A stretch of DNA of 52,687 nucleotides from an uncultured Clostridia bacterium (GCA_947626955.1 CANQUB010000004.1:1-52687); one strand, 5' to 3'; numbered from the stretch's first letter, positions 34,318 through 44,062 are shown. Translations and numbers: made by a program. The notes: a model not told the origin generated them from the letters alone.

Positions 34318-36009
34318 CTAATTTTGTTTAAATTTTTGGGCATTTTGCAAAAGTTCACGTGCGTGCGATAGCGAGTGCTCGGTGATATTGCCACTTATAA
34401 GTCGAGCAATTTCGTTCTCCCTCTCACTGCCAGCAACCTGTTTAACGCTGGTAGTGGTTCTCCCGTCGCCCTCGGTCTTTTCAATGACATAGTGATTGTC
34501 GCCATAGCTGGCAATCTGCGGCAAATGAGTTACGCAAATGACCTGGGCCATCTGCCCAACTTTGGACAACTTTTCGGCAAGCTTTAAAGCAATAACGCCG
34601 CTGACCCCGCTGTCAATTTCATCAAACACCAAAGTACCCACACCCTCAATAGAGGCAGTAACATTTTTTACAGCCAACATAAAGCGGCTCATTTCACCGC
34701 CACTGGCAACACTCTTAAGCGGCATTACATCTTCACCAAGGTTGGCCGAAAACATAAATTCAATTTTGTCAAAGCCATCACGAGATTTGTCATCTATACT
34801 TCCGCCATCAAATTTTACGACAAAGCTAGAATTCTTCATTCCCAGGTCACAAAGTTCGGTTTTTATCCTATTTTCGAAGGTTTTGGCGTGCTTTTTACGC
34901 TCTTCAGTGAGTAATTTTGCGTTTTTTACAAGTTCCTCTTCAACAACAACCTTTTGCTTTTTAAGTTCTTCTATTCTCTCCACACTGCCTATAAGATTAT
35001 CATATTTCTTGCCAATTTCTTCTCTATATTTATTGATCTCTTCAATGGTAGAACCATATTTTTTCTTAAACGATGAAAGCAAATCCAGCCTCTTTTCATT
35101 TTCCTCGGCCTTGCCTTCATCAACGAACAATTCATCTTTCATCTGCTCGAGAGAGTCGGCAATATCTTCAAGCTCAAGTTTGGAAGAAGAAAGCCTATCT
35201 ATAATAGGATTAACTTTGTCGTAAAATGTCGAAACGCCACCAAGCAGGCCTATGGCTTTTTTGATGCTGTCGGTCAGCCCCAAGTATCCATAGCCGTCGC
35301 CACCAACCAAACTTGATGCCCCACCAAGTGCCTCGCCAATTCTCTCGGCATGGAGCACCTGATTGCGGTAGGCTTTAAGCTCCTCTTCTTCGCCCTCATA
35401 GAAACCGGCATTGTCTATCTCTTCAATTTGAAAGGCCAAAAGGTCTATGGTTCGGTTTCGCTCGCGGTCATCCACTTCATAGGACGAAAGCTCTTTTTCA
35501 ATGCTGGTGTATTGGTCATAGCACTTTCGATAACTTTCCAGCCTATTTGAAATCTCCTTGCCGCCAAAGGCGTCAAGAATTTTTAGATGTGAGCTAACTT
35601 TCAAAAGGTTTTGGTGCTCAAATTGCCCATGCAAATCCATAAGCGGTGCCGAAAGTTTTTTGAGCATGGACAGCGTAAAGGCCACGCCATTTACGCGTAT
35701 TTCATTCTTGCCGTCTTGGCTAAGCTTTCTTGTTATTATAATTTTTTCTTCATCTTCAAGACCAAATTCTTGCAAAATATCTTTCACTCTTTGGTCAAAG
35801 CCCACAAAAACCGCCTCTATAGTGGCCTGCTTTTCTCCACGGCTTATAAGGCTTTTGTCGGCCTTTTCTCCAAGCAATAGTGACAGCGAATCAATAATCA
35901 GCGACTTTCCGGCACCCGTTTCACCCGTGAGAACGTTGAGCCCCCTAGTTAGTTCAAGGGACTGACTCTTTATAAGTGCAATGTTTTTTATACTTAGACT
36001 TTCAAGCAT
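34318..36009 (-). CDS. recN: DNA repair protein RecN
   Basis: LTGETGAGKS, HGQFEHQ, ASGGEMSRFML, FDEIDSG, VTHLPQIA. Confidence 0.96.
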   Translation of the reverse strand: MLESLSIKNIALIKSQSLELTRGLNVLTGETGAGKSLIIDSLSLLLGEKADKSLISRGEKQATIEAVFVGFDQRVKDILQEFGLEDEEKIIITRKLSQDGKNEIRVNGVAFTLSMLKKLSAPLMDLHGQFEHQNLLKVSSHLKILDAFGGKEISNRLESYRKCYDQYTSIEKELSSYEVDDRERNRTIDLLAFQIEEIDNAGFYEGEEEELKAYRNQVLHAERIGEALGGASSLVGGDGYGYLGLTDSIKKAIGLLGGVSTFYDKVNPIIDRLSSSKLELEDIADSLEQMKDELFVDEGKAEENEKRLDLLSSFKKKYGSTIEEINKYREEIGKKYDNLIGSVERIEELKKQKVVVEEELVKNAKLLTEERKKHAKTFENRIKTELCDLGMKNSSFVVKFDGGSIDDKSRDGFDKIEFMFSANLGEDVMPLKSVASGGEMSRFMLAVKNVTASIEGVGTLVFDEIDSGVSGVIALKLAEKLSKVGQMAQVICVTHLPQIASYGDNHYVIEKTEGDGRTTTSVKQVAGSERENEIARLISGNITEHSLSHARELLQNAQKFKQN

Positions 36010-36010
36010 C

Positions 36011-36220
36011 CTACACCGTAAATGGCTTGACGGTTATCTTGTCAAGTTCTTGTTTTATAATCTCTACTTTGCCTTCGGTTGTCTTAATCTTTTCAAAACA
36101 AATTTTGGAAAGCTCTACGCTCTTTTCAAAAAGTTTAATTGCGTCGTCAAGGCTGGTCTCATCGCTTTCAAGCTGACTTAGTATGTTTTCTAGCTCCTTC
36201 AAGGCCTCTTCGTAGTTCAT
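36011..36220 (-). CDS. xseB: Exodeoxyribonuclease VII small subunit
   Basis: YEEAL.ELE.I...LE....SLD.AI.LFE. Confidence 0.92.
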   Translation of the reverse strand: MNYEEALKELENILSQLESDETSLDDAIKLFEKSVELSKICFEKIKTTEGKVEIIKQELDKITVKPFTV

Positions 36221-37404
36221 CTTTTTTCCTCCTTAATTTGACTTACACGGCTGGTAAAGCTACCGCCATGAACATAAGTTTCTACCTCGTCACCCACCTT
36301 AATGTCGGCTAAGCTTACTCCCTTGCCGTTTTTTACCACCTTGGCATAGCCACTTTTTAAAATGGTCAGCGGATTGGATTTTTCCAGCCTTGCCACCACG
36401 TTTTCAAGCCTATGGCGGGCGTTACTTAGCTTTTGCTCCATGCTAGAGCGTAGCCTTTGAGTGACCGAGCCAAGCTGGCCTCTCGAGCCTTCTAGCCTTG
36501 TTTCTATAGTCTTTACAATGCTGGTGTTTATGCTCTTTACTTTATCAACATTTTTGTCTAGAATTCGTTTTGAGTATGTTATGAGGCTAAGTTTTATATT
36601 GTCTAGATACTGCACCTCTTCATAATAGTTAAACACGGCTAGTTCGGCAGCAACCGACGGCGTTGGAGCGCGCATATCGGCCACAAAATCTAGGATTGAG
36701 AAATCGGTTTCATGACCAATGGCCGAGATAATTGGCAACTTCGATGCGTATGCACTTCGGGCCACTTCCTCACTGTTAAACGGCGACAAATCTTCAAACG
36801 AACCTCCGCCACGGGCTACAATGATAAGGTCAACGTCGCCAAAGCTGTTGAAAAATTCAATCCCCTTGGCCACCTCTTTTTCGGCACCAAGCCCCTGCAC
36901 TTTGACCGGATAAATTAACAGGTCAGTGAAAGGGTTCTTGCTCCTTGTCACATTGTATATATCTCGAAGCACAGCCCCTGTTTCACTGGTTACAATACCA
37001 ATTTTGTTGGCGTATTTTGGCAGCGGCTTTTTCTTTGAAACATCAAAAAGCCCCTCGGCCTCTAGTTTGGCTTTAAGCTCTAGATATTTTTTATAAAGGT
37101 CGCCCATGCCATAAAGCTCGACTTTGCTAGCCACAAAGGTCAGCCTGCCAAGGCGGACATGATAGCTTAACCGACCGGTCACCAAAACCCTGTCACCGTT
37201 TTTTGCAAAAGGCACAGTTGTGGAAAATTTTATGCACGAAAGCTGAGCGCCCTCTTCTTTTATATCAAAATAGGCAATGCCGCCCGAAATTTTAAAGTTG
37301 GTGACCTCGCCGTAAACGCTGATGCCAATGAGCATCTCCTCATTGTCGAAGATGTTCTTGATGTAGTTATTAAGTTGGGTTATACTAAGTGTTAAGTTTT
37401 GCAT
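36217..37404 (-). CDS. xseA: Exodeoxyribonuclease VII large subunit
   Basis: GEVTNFK, LEAEGLFD, IVTS.TGAV.RD, ARGGGSFEDL..FN, SAIGHETD, APTPS. Confidence 0.95.
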   Translation of the reverse strand: MQNLTLSITQLNNYIKNIFDNEEMLIGISVYGEVTNFKISGGIAYFDIKEEGAQLSCIKFSTTVPFAKNGDRVLVTGRLSYHVRLGRLTFVASKVELYGMGDLYKKYLELKAKLEAEGLFDVSKKKPLPKYANKIGIVTSETGAVLRDIYNVTRSKNPFTDLLIYPVKVQGLGAEKEVAKGIEFFNSFGDVDLIIVARGGGSFEDLSPFNSEEVARSAYASKLPIISAIGHETDFSILDFVADMRAPTPSVAAELAVFNYYEEVQYLDNIKLSLITYSKRILDKNVDKVKSINTSIVKTIETRLEGSRGQLGSVTQRLRSSMEQKLSNARHRLENVVARLEKSNPLTILKSGYAKVVKNGKGVSLADIKVGDEVETYVHGGSFTSRVSQIKEEKR

Positions 37405-37799
37405 TATTCACCCACAAAATTCTTCAAAATTCCGTTGATATACTTGCTGCTCTGCTCGGTGGAATATTTTTTGGCCAGTTCGAGTGCTTCGTTGATGCTA
37501 ACCTTTGAAGGAAGGTTTTCAACAAACTTTATCTCATATGTAGCCAAAAGCAAAATAGCTAAATCCACCTTGTAGATTCTGTCAAGTTTAAAGCCTTCAG
37601 CCACCTTGGAAATTTCTTTCACAAGCTCGTCAAAGTGCAAAATAACTCCGTTGTAGACCTCGGCAATGTAGCCGCTCTCTTTGCCAAGTTTTGGGTCAGC
37701 AGAAAATTCAGCAAGAGCAAAATCATCTTTTTCCTTGCTGAACAAATAGCTAAAAATTAGTTTAAACGCACTTTCACGTGCCAAAGTTCTACCCATCAT
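37404..37799 (-). CDS. nusB: Transcription antitermination factor NusB
   Basis: RTLARE.AF, RI.KVD.AIL, SINEALELAKKYS...S.KYINGIL. Confidence 0.92.
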   Translation of the reverse strand: MMGRTLARESAFKLIFSYLFSKEKDDFALAEFSADPKLGKESGYIAEVYNGVILHFDELVKEISKVAEGFKLDRIYKVDLAILLLATYEIKFVENLPSKVSINEALELAKKYSTEQSSKYINGILKNFVGE

Positions 37800-37803
37800 A
37801 ACC

Positions 37804-38775
37804 TCACTCGTTTTCAAGCTCATCACCAATCATAACATTGGCTCCGTGTTGAGAAGACTTTTCAGCCCTCACATTCAAAGTGAACCCAACAGACTCCATC
37901 TTTTGGCTAAGAACTGGAGGCTCTCTCTTTGGTTCTTTCTTTGGCTCTTTTTTAGGTTCTGGCTTTGGTTGTGGTGTGCTTTCAGGCCTTTTTGCTGTGC
38001 TTTTTAGAAGGTCAGAAAAAGCCTTTACAATGTCAAAGTCATTCGAAGGCGCAGATATTTTCCCCCCATTAAGGGCCTTACCACCCGAGCCAAGTTTGTA
38101 TTTTATAGGTTTCATCGAGACTTCAGGCGTTGTTTCTTTCTTGGCTGGAAACTTGGTCTCGGCCACCTTTTTTATGGCTTCTTGCTTTTCAACATCACCT
38201 TGCTTTTCAGCTTCAAGAAGTTTCTTTATTAGCATATCACGGATGATCTTTTCTTCCATTTCCTTTTCGGAAAGTTTACGAATTAGCACCCTGTCATTCA
38301 TGTCGGCCCTGGCAATTCGCCTGACCCTGTTCTTTATTGAAAATACTGTTGGAATTTCTCTTCCTTCTTTATCAAATCTTGGCAAAAAACCCAATCTTTC
38401 ATAAATTGTTGGCATAAGGTTGCCTTTTTCATCATAGACCGGTTTGATACCAATCAGCTTATATGGGTCTTTTATAGTCCCGTCTTTTTCATACTGCACA
38501 GGAATGCCCAATAGTCCATAAAAGTCAACAAGCTTTTGTTCATAGGTCTTTTCTTCTTCCTTGGCAGGCTGAACTTTCTTTTTGGACTTTTTGTATTGGT
38601 AAATTAGAAATCCAAGTATGGAAGCGACCACAATCCCACCCGGAATAACCAAAGCTAAAAACGCTGTTAATTTGAACGCTTCAAAAAATATAAAGGCAAA
38701 TACTTCAAAAGCTAAACCTAATAGTGCCACACCAAAGCAGCACCAAAGAATTGTTATCAAAGTCTTATTCTTCAT
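37804..38775 (-). CDS. Hypothetical membrane protein with three internal ~20-aa repeats and a P/E/K-rich tail
   Basis: Two N-terminal TM helices; repeats YGLLGIPVQYEKDG / YKLIGIKPVYDEKG / YERLGFLPRFDKEG; GGGAG RBS. Confidence 0.8.
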   Translation of the reverse strand: MKNKTLITILWCCFGVALLGLAFEVFAFIFFEAFKLTAFLALVIPGGIVVASILGFLIYQYKKSKKKVQPAKEEEKTYEQKLVDFYGLLGIPVQYEKDGTIKDPYKLIGIKPVYDEKGNLMPTIYERLGFLPRFDKEGREIPTVFSIKNRVRRIARADMNDRVLIRKLSEKEMEEKIIRDMLIKKLLEAEKQGDVEKQEAIKKVAETKFPAKKETTPEVSMKPIKYKLGSGGKALNGGKISAPSNDFDIVKAFSDLLKSTAKRPESTPQPKPEPKKEPKKEPKREPPVLSQKMESVGFTLNVRAEKSSQHGANVMIGDELENE

Positions 38776-38787
38776 TTGTTACTCCCA

Positions 38788-39171
38788 TTATACAGGAATT
38801 TCTTCGCTAGCTGAAAAGACAACCCCCGTTACATTTACATTGATAGAAGCCACTTTAAAATCGGTCATCGACTCTATAGAGCTTTTAATATTTTCTTGAA
38901 CACGAAAGGCAACATCTTTGACTGAGTAGCCAAAAAGGACATTGACAAAAACGTCAACATAAACCTCATCCTCTTCGCTGAAATCTATCAGGATGCCATG
39001 ATGATAACTCTTGGAAAATACCCTTTTTAAAAATGGATATGCCGTTGTGTCAATACTGGCAATGCCGTTGATCTCTTGCGTTGCAAGCTTAACTATAGAC
39101 AAAACAACATTTCTCTTATAAGAAACGCTACCCTCTTCGGCATCAATAAGTCTTGTTTTACCCTTAGACAT
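38788..39171 (-). CDS. Asp23/Gls24 family protein (YqhY-like)
   Basis: G.V......V..I...A..EI.G, V.V.FG.....VA..VQE.IK..IE.MT...V..INVNV.G. Confidence 0.9.
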   Translation of the reverse strand: MSKGKTRLIDAEEGSVSYKRNVVLSIVKLATQEINGIASIDTTAYPFLKRVFSKSYHHGILIDFSEEDEVYVDVFVNVLFGYSVKDVAFRVQENIKSSIESMTDFKVASINVNVTGVVFSASEEIPV

Positions 39172-39362
39172 AATATTTCTCCAATATTTAGCTTATTACA
39201 TAGTAATTATAACATATAATGCGTGTTATTGCAACGATTTTTAAAAAGCTTGCAAATACATTTTTTGGCAATGCATATAAAAATTATTAAAAAACACAAA
39301 AAACACCCCAAATATGCGTTTTTGAGGCGTTTTTTCGCTAAAATAATTATCGTTTTGCGTTT

Positions 39363-39830
39363 TTATGCCACAGCTCGAACCCTGATGTTGGTGGCCTGAG
39401 CATTGGTTTCACGTACGAGTACCGACAAAATTGAAGCCACTTCATCGCCAGTCAGACCCTCATCGGTCTTGACATAAACGGTGTAGTTCTCTCCCGAGCA
39501 AGTCACAATGACATCTTCAAAGCCAGCTGAAGCTATGCATTGTTCAAGGTTGTTCTCTGTTTCAATCATGGCAGCAATGTCAAGAATTTGTTGCTTAACG
39601 CTGGCTCTTTCAGCTTCGTCGGTGGTGCTATCATAAACGTTTTGCAAAATTTCTAGCTGATAGTTCCTAGCTGCTGTCTTATCGGCTCTTGACGATTCAA
39701 AGAAGTTTGCAGTAGTTGTTGTACTGTCAAGAACATTGGACTTTTTGTTGAGTGCAACATTTAAGTAGCCAGTGACTACCAACAATAGTACCATGGACAC
39801 AAGTATAAATATTTTTTTCTTCTTACTCAT
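39363..39830 (-). CDS. spoIIIAH: Stage III sporulation protein AH
   Basis: TM helix ending GYLN, FF...R..K...R, E..LE..I...GF.D.IV; last gene of the spoIIIA cluster. Confidence 0.85.
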   Translation of the reverse strand: MSKKKKIFILVSMVLLLVVTGYLNVALNKKSNVLDSTTTTANFFESSRADKTAARNYQLEILQNVYDSTTDEAERASVKQQILDIAAMIETENNLEQCIASAGFEDVIVTCSGENYTVYVKTDEGLTGDEVASILSVLVRETNAQATNIRVRAVA

Positions 39831-39862
39831 AGGTTTACCCTCCTTAAAAAATAAAATTTTCA

Positions 39863-40396
39863 TTAACCCTTCCCCTCCAAAACTTCCACCTTTGATATGC
39901 TTATCGACAGTACATTTGCTATAACGTTTGTCAAGGTGGTCTGCATTTTAAGATCCTTCGCCCCAGTAGCCACGACTAACACTCCTAAAATTTCGGGCAG
40001 CTCTTCTCTTACAAGCACTGGAGATGTAGCTGAGCCGTTTTTAGTTTCGTAGATGGTCACCTGGCTTGTCGACTGACCTTGACTGGTCGACGAATTGGTT
40101 TCATCAAGATATGTATATGTGGGACTCTCGCTCACCATTACAAAAACTTTAACTTTTCCAATTCCTTTTACCGAAAGCAGTACATTTTCAAGCTTACCTT
40201 CTAGTTCATGACAATATTTAAGCGACGGCGAAGTGTTATCTACATTGCTTGTTTTGACAGTTTCTTTTTTAGGAATCATGGCACTTATAAAGATAATTAC
40301 AATTATGGCAAACAAGACAATACAAATTATGGTTTTTAATTTTTTACTGCCTTCTCCCGAAAACAATTTTTTGAAACCCTTATTTTCTTCAGCCAA
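39863..40396 (-). CDS. spoIIIAG: Stage III sporulation protein AG
   Basis: Y..ELE.KLE.VL..V.GIG.V.V.V; P...GVLVVA.GA. Confidence 0.88.
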   Translation of the reverse strand: MAEENKGFKKLFSGEGSKKLKTIICIVLFAIIVIIFISAMIPKKETVKTSNVDNTSPSLKYCHELEGKLENVLLSVKGIGKVKVFVMVSESPTYTYLDETNSSTSQGQSTSQVTIYETKNGSATSPVLVREELPEILGVLVVATGAKDLKMQTTLTNVIANVLSISISKVEVLEGKG

Positions 40397-40421
40397 AAGC
40401 CCACTCCTTTAAAGATATTAA

Positions 40422-40429
40422 AATATATG
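40422..40429 (-). promoter_or_regulatory. sigmaE-like -10 element for spoIIIAG-AH
   Basis: CATATATT upstream of the AAAGGAG RBS; an internal promoter before spoIIIAG is known in B. subtilis. Confidence 0.4.
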
Positions 40430-40527
40430 TTTATCCATTTTTAATTAGTACTTAACAAGCAAGAAAAACGCCGAAAAATAACAAATATTAATGCTTTTTT
40501 ACATATTTTAAGTCGCTTTTTGCGTTT

Positions 40528-40716
40528 TTATAGAAGACCTAAAAGCCAGTCATCTCCAAAAATAAAACCTGTTAGTGGGTAGACTAGAGAATAGAAAAGA
40601 AACAGACTAATTATACTTAGAGTGAATTTTTTCATATTACCATCAGGCAAAAGTATTGATGCAATGACCTCTAGCATGACGCAGCCAACAATGCTTATCA
40701 AAAAACTATTCATCAC
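40528..40716 (-). CDS. spoIIIAF: Stage III sporulation protein AF (short form)
   Basis: ILLPDGNMKKF between two TM helices; position in the operon. Confidence 0.75.
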   Translation of the reverse strand: MMNSFLISIVGCVMLEVIASILLPDGNMKKFTLSIISLFLFYSLVYPLTGFIFGDDWLLGLL

Positions 40717-40724
40717 TTCCCCCC

Positions 40725-41996
40725 TTAAATAAAATTACTTACTGAGCAGGTTATCAAAAACAAGGTTAAAAAATACATAAGTGCCACCCCGACCACTATG
40801 CCAACCAGAAGCCTCAAGCTTTTTGCTACTGAATACAAAAGATTGCTGGCCCTCTTGTCTCCAAGCGGCTCAACCACTCCGGCAAGAAGTTTTAGTCCAA
40901 GTTCCATTAAGCCAATGGTTAGTATTGGAGCAAGCACAGTTGCAAGCAGCAGAACTATGGATGCAAATCCAGTGGCATTTTTTATGAGCATTCCACCCGC
41001 TTTAATCAGTTCAAACCCGTCCGAGATATATCCACCCAAAAATGGCACATAGTTTTTTATGGCAAACTTAGTGGCCTTGATGCTTATTCCATCGCTCGAC
41101 CCAGCCGTTATGCCTTGAATAGACAAAAAGCTCATAAACACCGCAAATACCACACCAATGATCCACTTGAACAGCGAATGCACAAACCCCGACAATTTGT
41201 CAAGAGTGGTATTCTCGGACAGGTTGCCAATAAAGGCCAGCACCAAGCTAAATGTAAATAGTGGCAATAAAACATAGACAAAGATGTTAGATATGGTATT
41301 AGCCAAAAAGGCCAACATTGGGCTGTAGGCTTTGACCGACACCACCCCACCCATAGTGGTCATGAGGGTTATGAGAATGGGAAAGACGGCGTTCATCTGG
41401 TTTTGAAGTGACAAAAGGCCGTTTTTTACATTTACAAGCAGCTTAGAAGATATTGTAGCAAGAATTATGCAAATAACTGAAAAGCAAACAAGATAGATTA
41501 TTTCACCTGTACCGCTGACCTTGCCCGAGCGAATATTATTAAACATGGTGCACAGCAAAATAATAACCAAGATAAGTGAAAGTGGTGCAAGCAGTGACCT
41601 TAAGCTAACCTTTAGGCTAGATAAGATGACAGTAAACAGTGATGATATGTTCAAAGTCTCTTCTCCATTGATTAGAGAAGAAATAAAACTTTTAAAGCTC
41701 TTGCCCGAAAATAGATTGAAGTCAAAATTTAATTTATCAAGTTCACTTTGGAGCGAAGAAAAGTCAAGGCTATCTAGTTGTTTGTTTGTTTCATCTTTAA
41801 GATCTTCTTCAACTTCGGTTTGGCTTTCGACGGCCGAAAAGGCCGTGTTTTTCGATATATTAGCAAAATTAATATTCATTAAAATAAAAAACGCAAAACA
41901 TATCGAAAAAACAACAAATATTTGCCTAAATATTATCAAATTAGTGAAATTATTGTGTTTATTAGCGATTTTATGACAGGTATTGCCAGCACGCAT
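40725..41996 (-). CDS. spoIIIAE: Stage III sporulation protein AE (true start uncertain, probably a little downstream)
   Basis: P.LITL...GG, D.....TKF....VPF.G..ISD......G..IKN..G, EP.GD.R. Confidence 0.88.
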   Translation of the reverse strand: MRAGNTCHKIANKHNNFTNLIIFRQIFVVFSICFAFFILMNINFANISKNTAFSAVESQTEVEEDLKDETNKQLDSLDFSSLQSELDKLNFDFNLFSGKSFKSFISSLINGEETLNISSLFTVILSSLKVSLRSLLAPLSLILVIILLCTMFNNIRSGKVSGTGEIIYLVCFSVICIILATISSKLLVNVKNGLLSLQNQMNAVFPILITLMTTMGGVVSVKAYSPMLAFLANTISNIFVYVLLPLFTFSLVLAFIGNLSENTTLDKLSGFVHSLFKWIIGVVFAVFMSFLSIQGITAGSSDGISIKATKFAIKNYVPFLGGYISDGFELIKAGGMLIKNATGFASIVLLLATVLAPILTIGLMELGLKLLAGVVEPLGDKRASNLLYSVAKSLRLLVGIVVGVALMYFLTLFLITCSVSNFI

Positions 41997-42316
41997 ATTG
42001 CTATCTTACCTCCCATAACAATCTTTGTTGCCAAGCTTTTGTTTCCACTATCCTCGGCAAGATTAGAACTAAACTCAGTTATATATCCAATGCCTATAAC
42101 TTTTATTATTGGCGTCACAACATCAACTTTCATGCCAGTAAGGTCGCGAATATAACCAAATTCATTAATTACATCTTTTACCCCATCTAACATTACGATA
42201 AATATAAGAAGCCCCGTTACCACGTTAACAAAAAACGCAAAATCACTCTTATATTCGCGTAAAATCAGGTTAATTATTACACCGCAGAGCCCAATTCCTA
42301 TAATCTTGAATAACAT
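41936..42316 (-). CDS. spoIIIAD: Stage III sporulation protein AD
   Basis: KIIGIG, KVIGIGYITEF......D.G...LA.KI...GK. Confidence 0.9.
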   Translation of the reverse strand: MLFKIIGIGLCGVIINLILREYKSDFAFFVNVVTGLLIFIVMLDGVKDVINEFGYIRDLTGMKVDVVTPIIKVIGIGYITEFSSNLAEDSGNKSLATKIVMGGKIAICVLAIPVIKSLINTIISLI

Positions 42317-42326
42317 AGCAAACCCC

Positions 42327-42524
42327 CTAATAGAGGCCAAATAATGACTTTAGCGTATCAAAAAGGCCGCTGACCATATTCATAACCATAATTAGCACGA
42401 TGACCAGACCAGCCAGTGTGGCAAGTGTGGCTATCTCACTTTTGCCCTGATGCTGTAATATTTGGCTTATGACTGCTGTCAATATACCTATAGCAGCAAT
42501 TTTAAATATAATGTCAACGCCCAT
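42327..42524 (-). CDS. spoIIIAC: Stage III sporulation protein AC
   Basis: VDIIFKIAAIGIL.AV..Q.L...G..E.A...TLAGL. Confidence 0.95.
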   Translation of the reverse strand: MGVDIIFKIAAIGILTAVISQILQHQGKSEIATLATLAGLVIVLIMVMNMVSGLFDTLKSLFGLY

Positions 42525-42533
42525 TTGTCTCTC

Positions 42534-43025
42534 CTAAATAATTAGTATTGAAACGACCAATCCTACCGCAACGCTAAGTTTTATTGCAAGTGGTTTGTTT
42601 TTCTTCATTATGCTTGCCGATTCTTCATACATTTTTTCAATTTGTGCACTAAACCCCTCTATATTACAGCTTTCAACGCACTCATTGCTCTGCCCAAGGT
42701 TTTTAAAAAAGTTGAATATCATATTTTTTTCTTCTTTTTTGAGACAATAGAAACTAGAACTGTTTATATTTTTTTCATCAAGACCATTTAATGCAATTTC
42801 TTTTAGTATATTAATTGGCTTTTTCATATCGGCAGGAAGTCCCTGAATGTATTCACCTATTACCAGTTCCAAATTGTCTTTACGAAAACTTAGGTTGTTT
42901 TTTAGCACACGAGCAAGCTCATAAACTAAGCTCAACAGTCTTGTGCGATAGGTGTATCTTCGGCTTATCATTACCCCTACAAACAAGCTGGCTCCCATTA
43001 TTAAAATTACTCCAATGTATGTCAT
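42534..43025 (-). CDS. spoIIIAB: Stage III sporulation protein AB
   Basis: N-terminal TM, Y..R..LL, LG.S....E, C-terminal TM; GGAGAGG RBS; position in the operon. Confidence 0.75.
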   Translation of the reverse strand: MTYIGVILIMGASLFVGVMISRRYTYRTRLLSLVYELARVLKNNLSFRKDNLELVIGEYIQGLPADMKKPINILKEIALNGLDEKNINSSSFYCLKKEEKNMIFNFFKNLGQSNECVESCNIEGFSAQIEKMYEESASIMKKNKPLAIKLSVAVGLVVSILII

Positions 43026-43073
43026 ATCCTCTCCAAAAAACGCAAAATTTGCCAAATATAAATGAAAAAACAG

Positions 43074-43973
43074 CTAAAAATACACGCATTTCAACTTTTC
43101 ATCGTAAATTGCTTCAATAGTGCCAACCCCTTGTTTGTTCGAAAGAACTACAATTCTTTCGAAGTATTGACCGTTTAGTAGTTCTTTAAAGTCATCCTTA
43201 TCCAATAGGTCAATATGGTTATTTGCATGAATTGAAGCAAGCACTTTTACCCCTGACCGCATTGCCGTTTTACAAGCCTCGGCATCTTCCTTATCCATAA
43301 GCTCGTCGGTTATAATGACATCGGGCCTTAGGGCACGTATACCTGAAGTGAAGGCATATTTTTTGCCAGCTCCAGTTATCACGTCAGTATATTCACCAAC
43401 ATCTAGCGTCGCCTGTCCGTTTTCGCAAGCGGCAAGCTCGTGTCTTTCGTCAACAAGCAACACATTGTATCTTGGCCCCTCTTCACTAAGCTTCCTTGCA
43501 ATGTCTCTAAGTAGCGTTGTCTTTCCTGCTCCCGGCGGCGAAACTACTAAGGTGTTTTTCAAACTGCTATTTTGATAAATAAACTTAAACACCTTGGATG
43601 AACAGTTTTTTACCTGATGCGGGATGCGAATGTTTATGGAGTGAATATTTTTGATGGTCGATGGCATGAAGCTGTCCGCTCCAACGCTTTCGCCAGCCAG
43701 CCCAAGCCTTATGCCACCCTTAGCCGTTATGAACCCACGCTTGATCTCACTTGTGTAGGCGTACAGCGAATTTTCGGTGGCCTTCCTTAGCACGTACTCT
43801 ATTGTGGCAGTCGACACAAAAATTTTTTCTTGGTCGGATAGCAGCAGCTGGTTTTTGCCATCGTAGCAAACCACCACAGGAGCATTGCGTCTAAGGCGAA
43901 TCTCTTGCAGTTTTGAATAGTCCAGTTTGTCAAGAGCGTTAACGAGGTTTTGCGGCAAGAGACTTACTAGCAT
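43074..43973 (-). CDS. spoIIIAA: Stage III sporulation ATPase AA
   Basis: QEIRLR, S.YAY...I..GFIT..GG.R.G, SINIRI, SPPGAGKTTLLRD, VDER.E.A, PDVIITDE. Confidence 0.93.
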   Translation of the reverse strand: MLVSLLPQNLVNALDKLDYSKLQEIRLRRNAPVVVCYDGKNQLLLSDQEKIFVSTATIEYVLRKATENSLYAYTSEIKRGFITAKGGIRLGLAGESVGADSFMPSTIKNIHSINIRIPHQVKNCSSKVFKFIYQNSSLKNTLVVSPPGAGKTTLLRDIARKLSEEGPRYNVLLVDERHELAACENGQATLDVGEYTDVITGAGKKYAFTSGIRALRPDVIITDELMDKEDAEACKTAMRSGVKVLASIHANNHIDLLDKDDFKELLNGQYFERIVVLSNKQGVGTIEAIYDEKLKCVYF

Positions 43974-44017
43974 ACTCCCTCCTTTATTATTCAGTAAAGC
44001 ATATGAAAACGGGCAAG

Positions 44018-44047
44018 AAAAAAAGATGTCAGTTATTGACATCTTTT
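44018..44047. terminator. Intrinsic terminator after efp
   Basis: aaaagatgtca-gttat-tgacatctttt hairpin with flanking A/T tracts. Confidence 0.75.
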
Positions 44048-44062
44048 ATAAATTTGTTTGTT

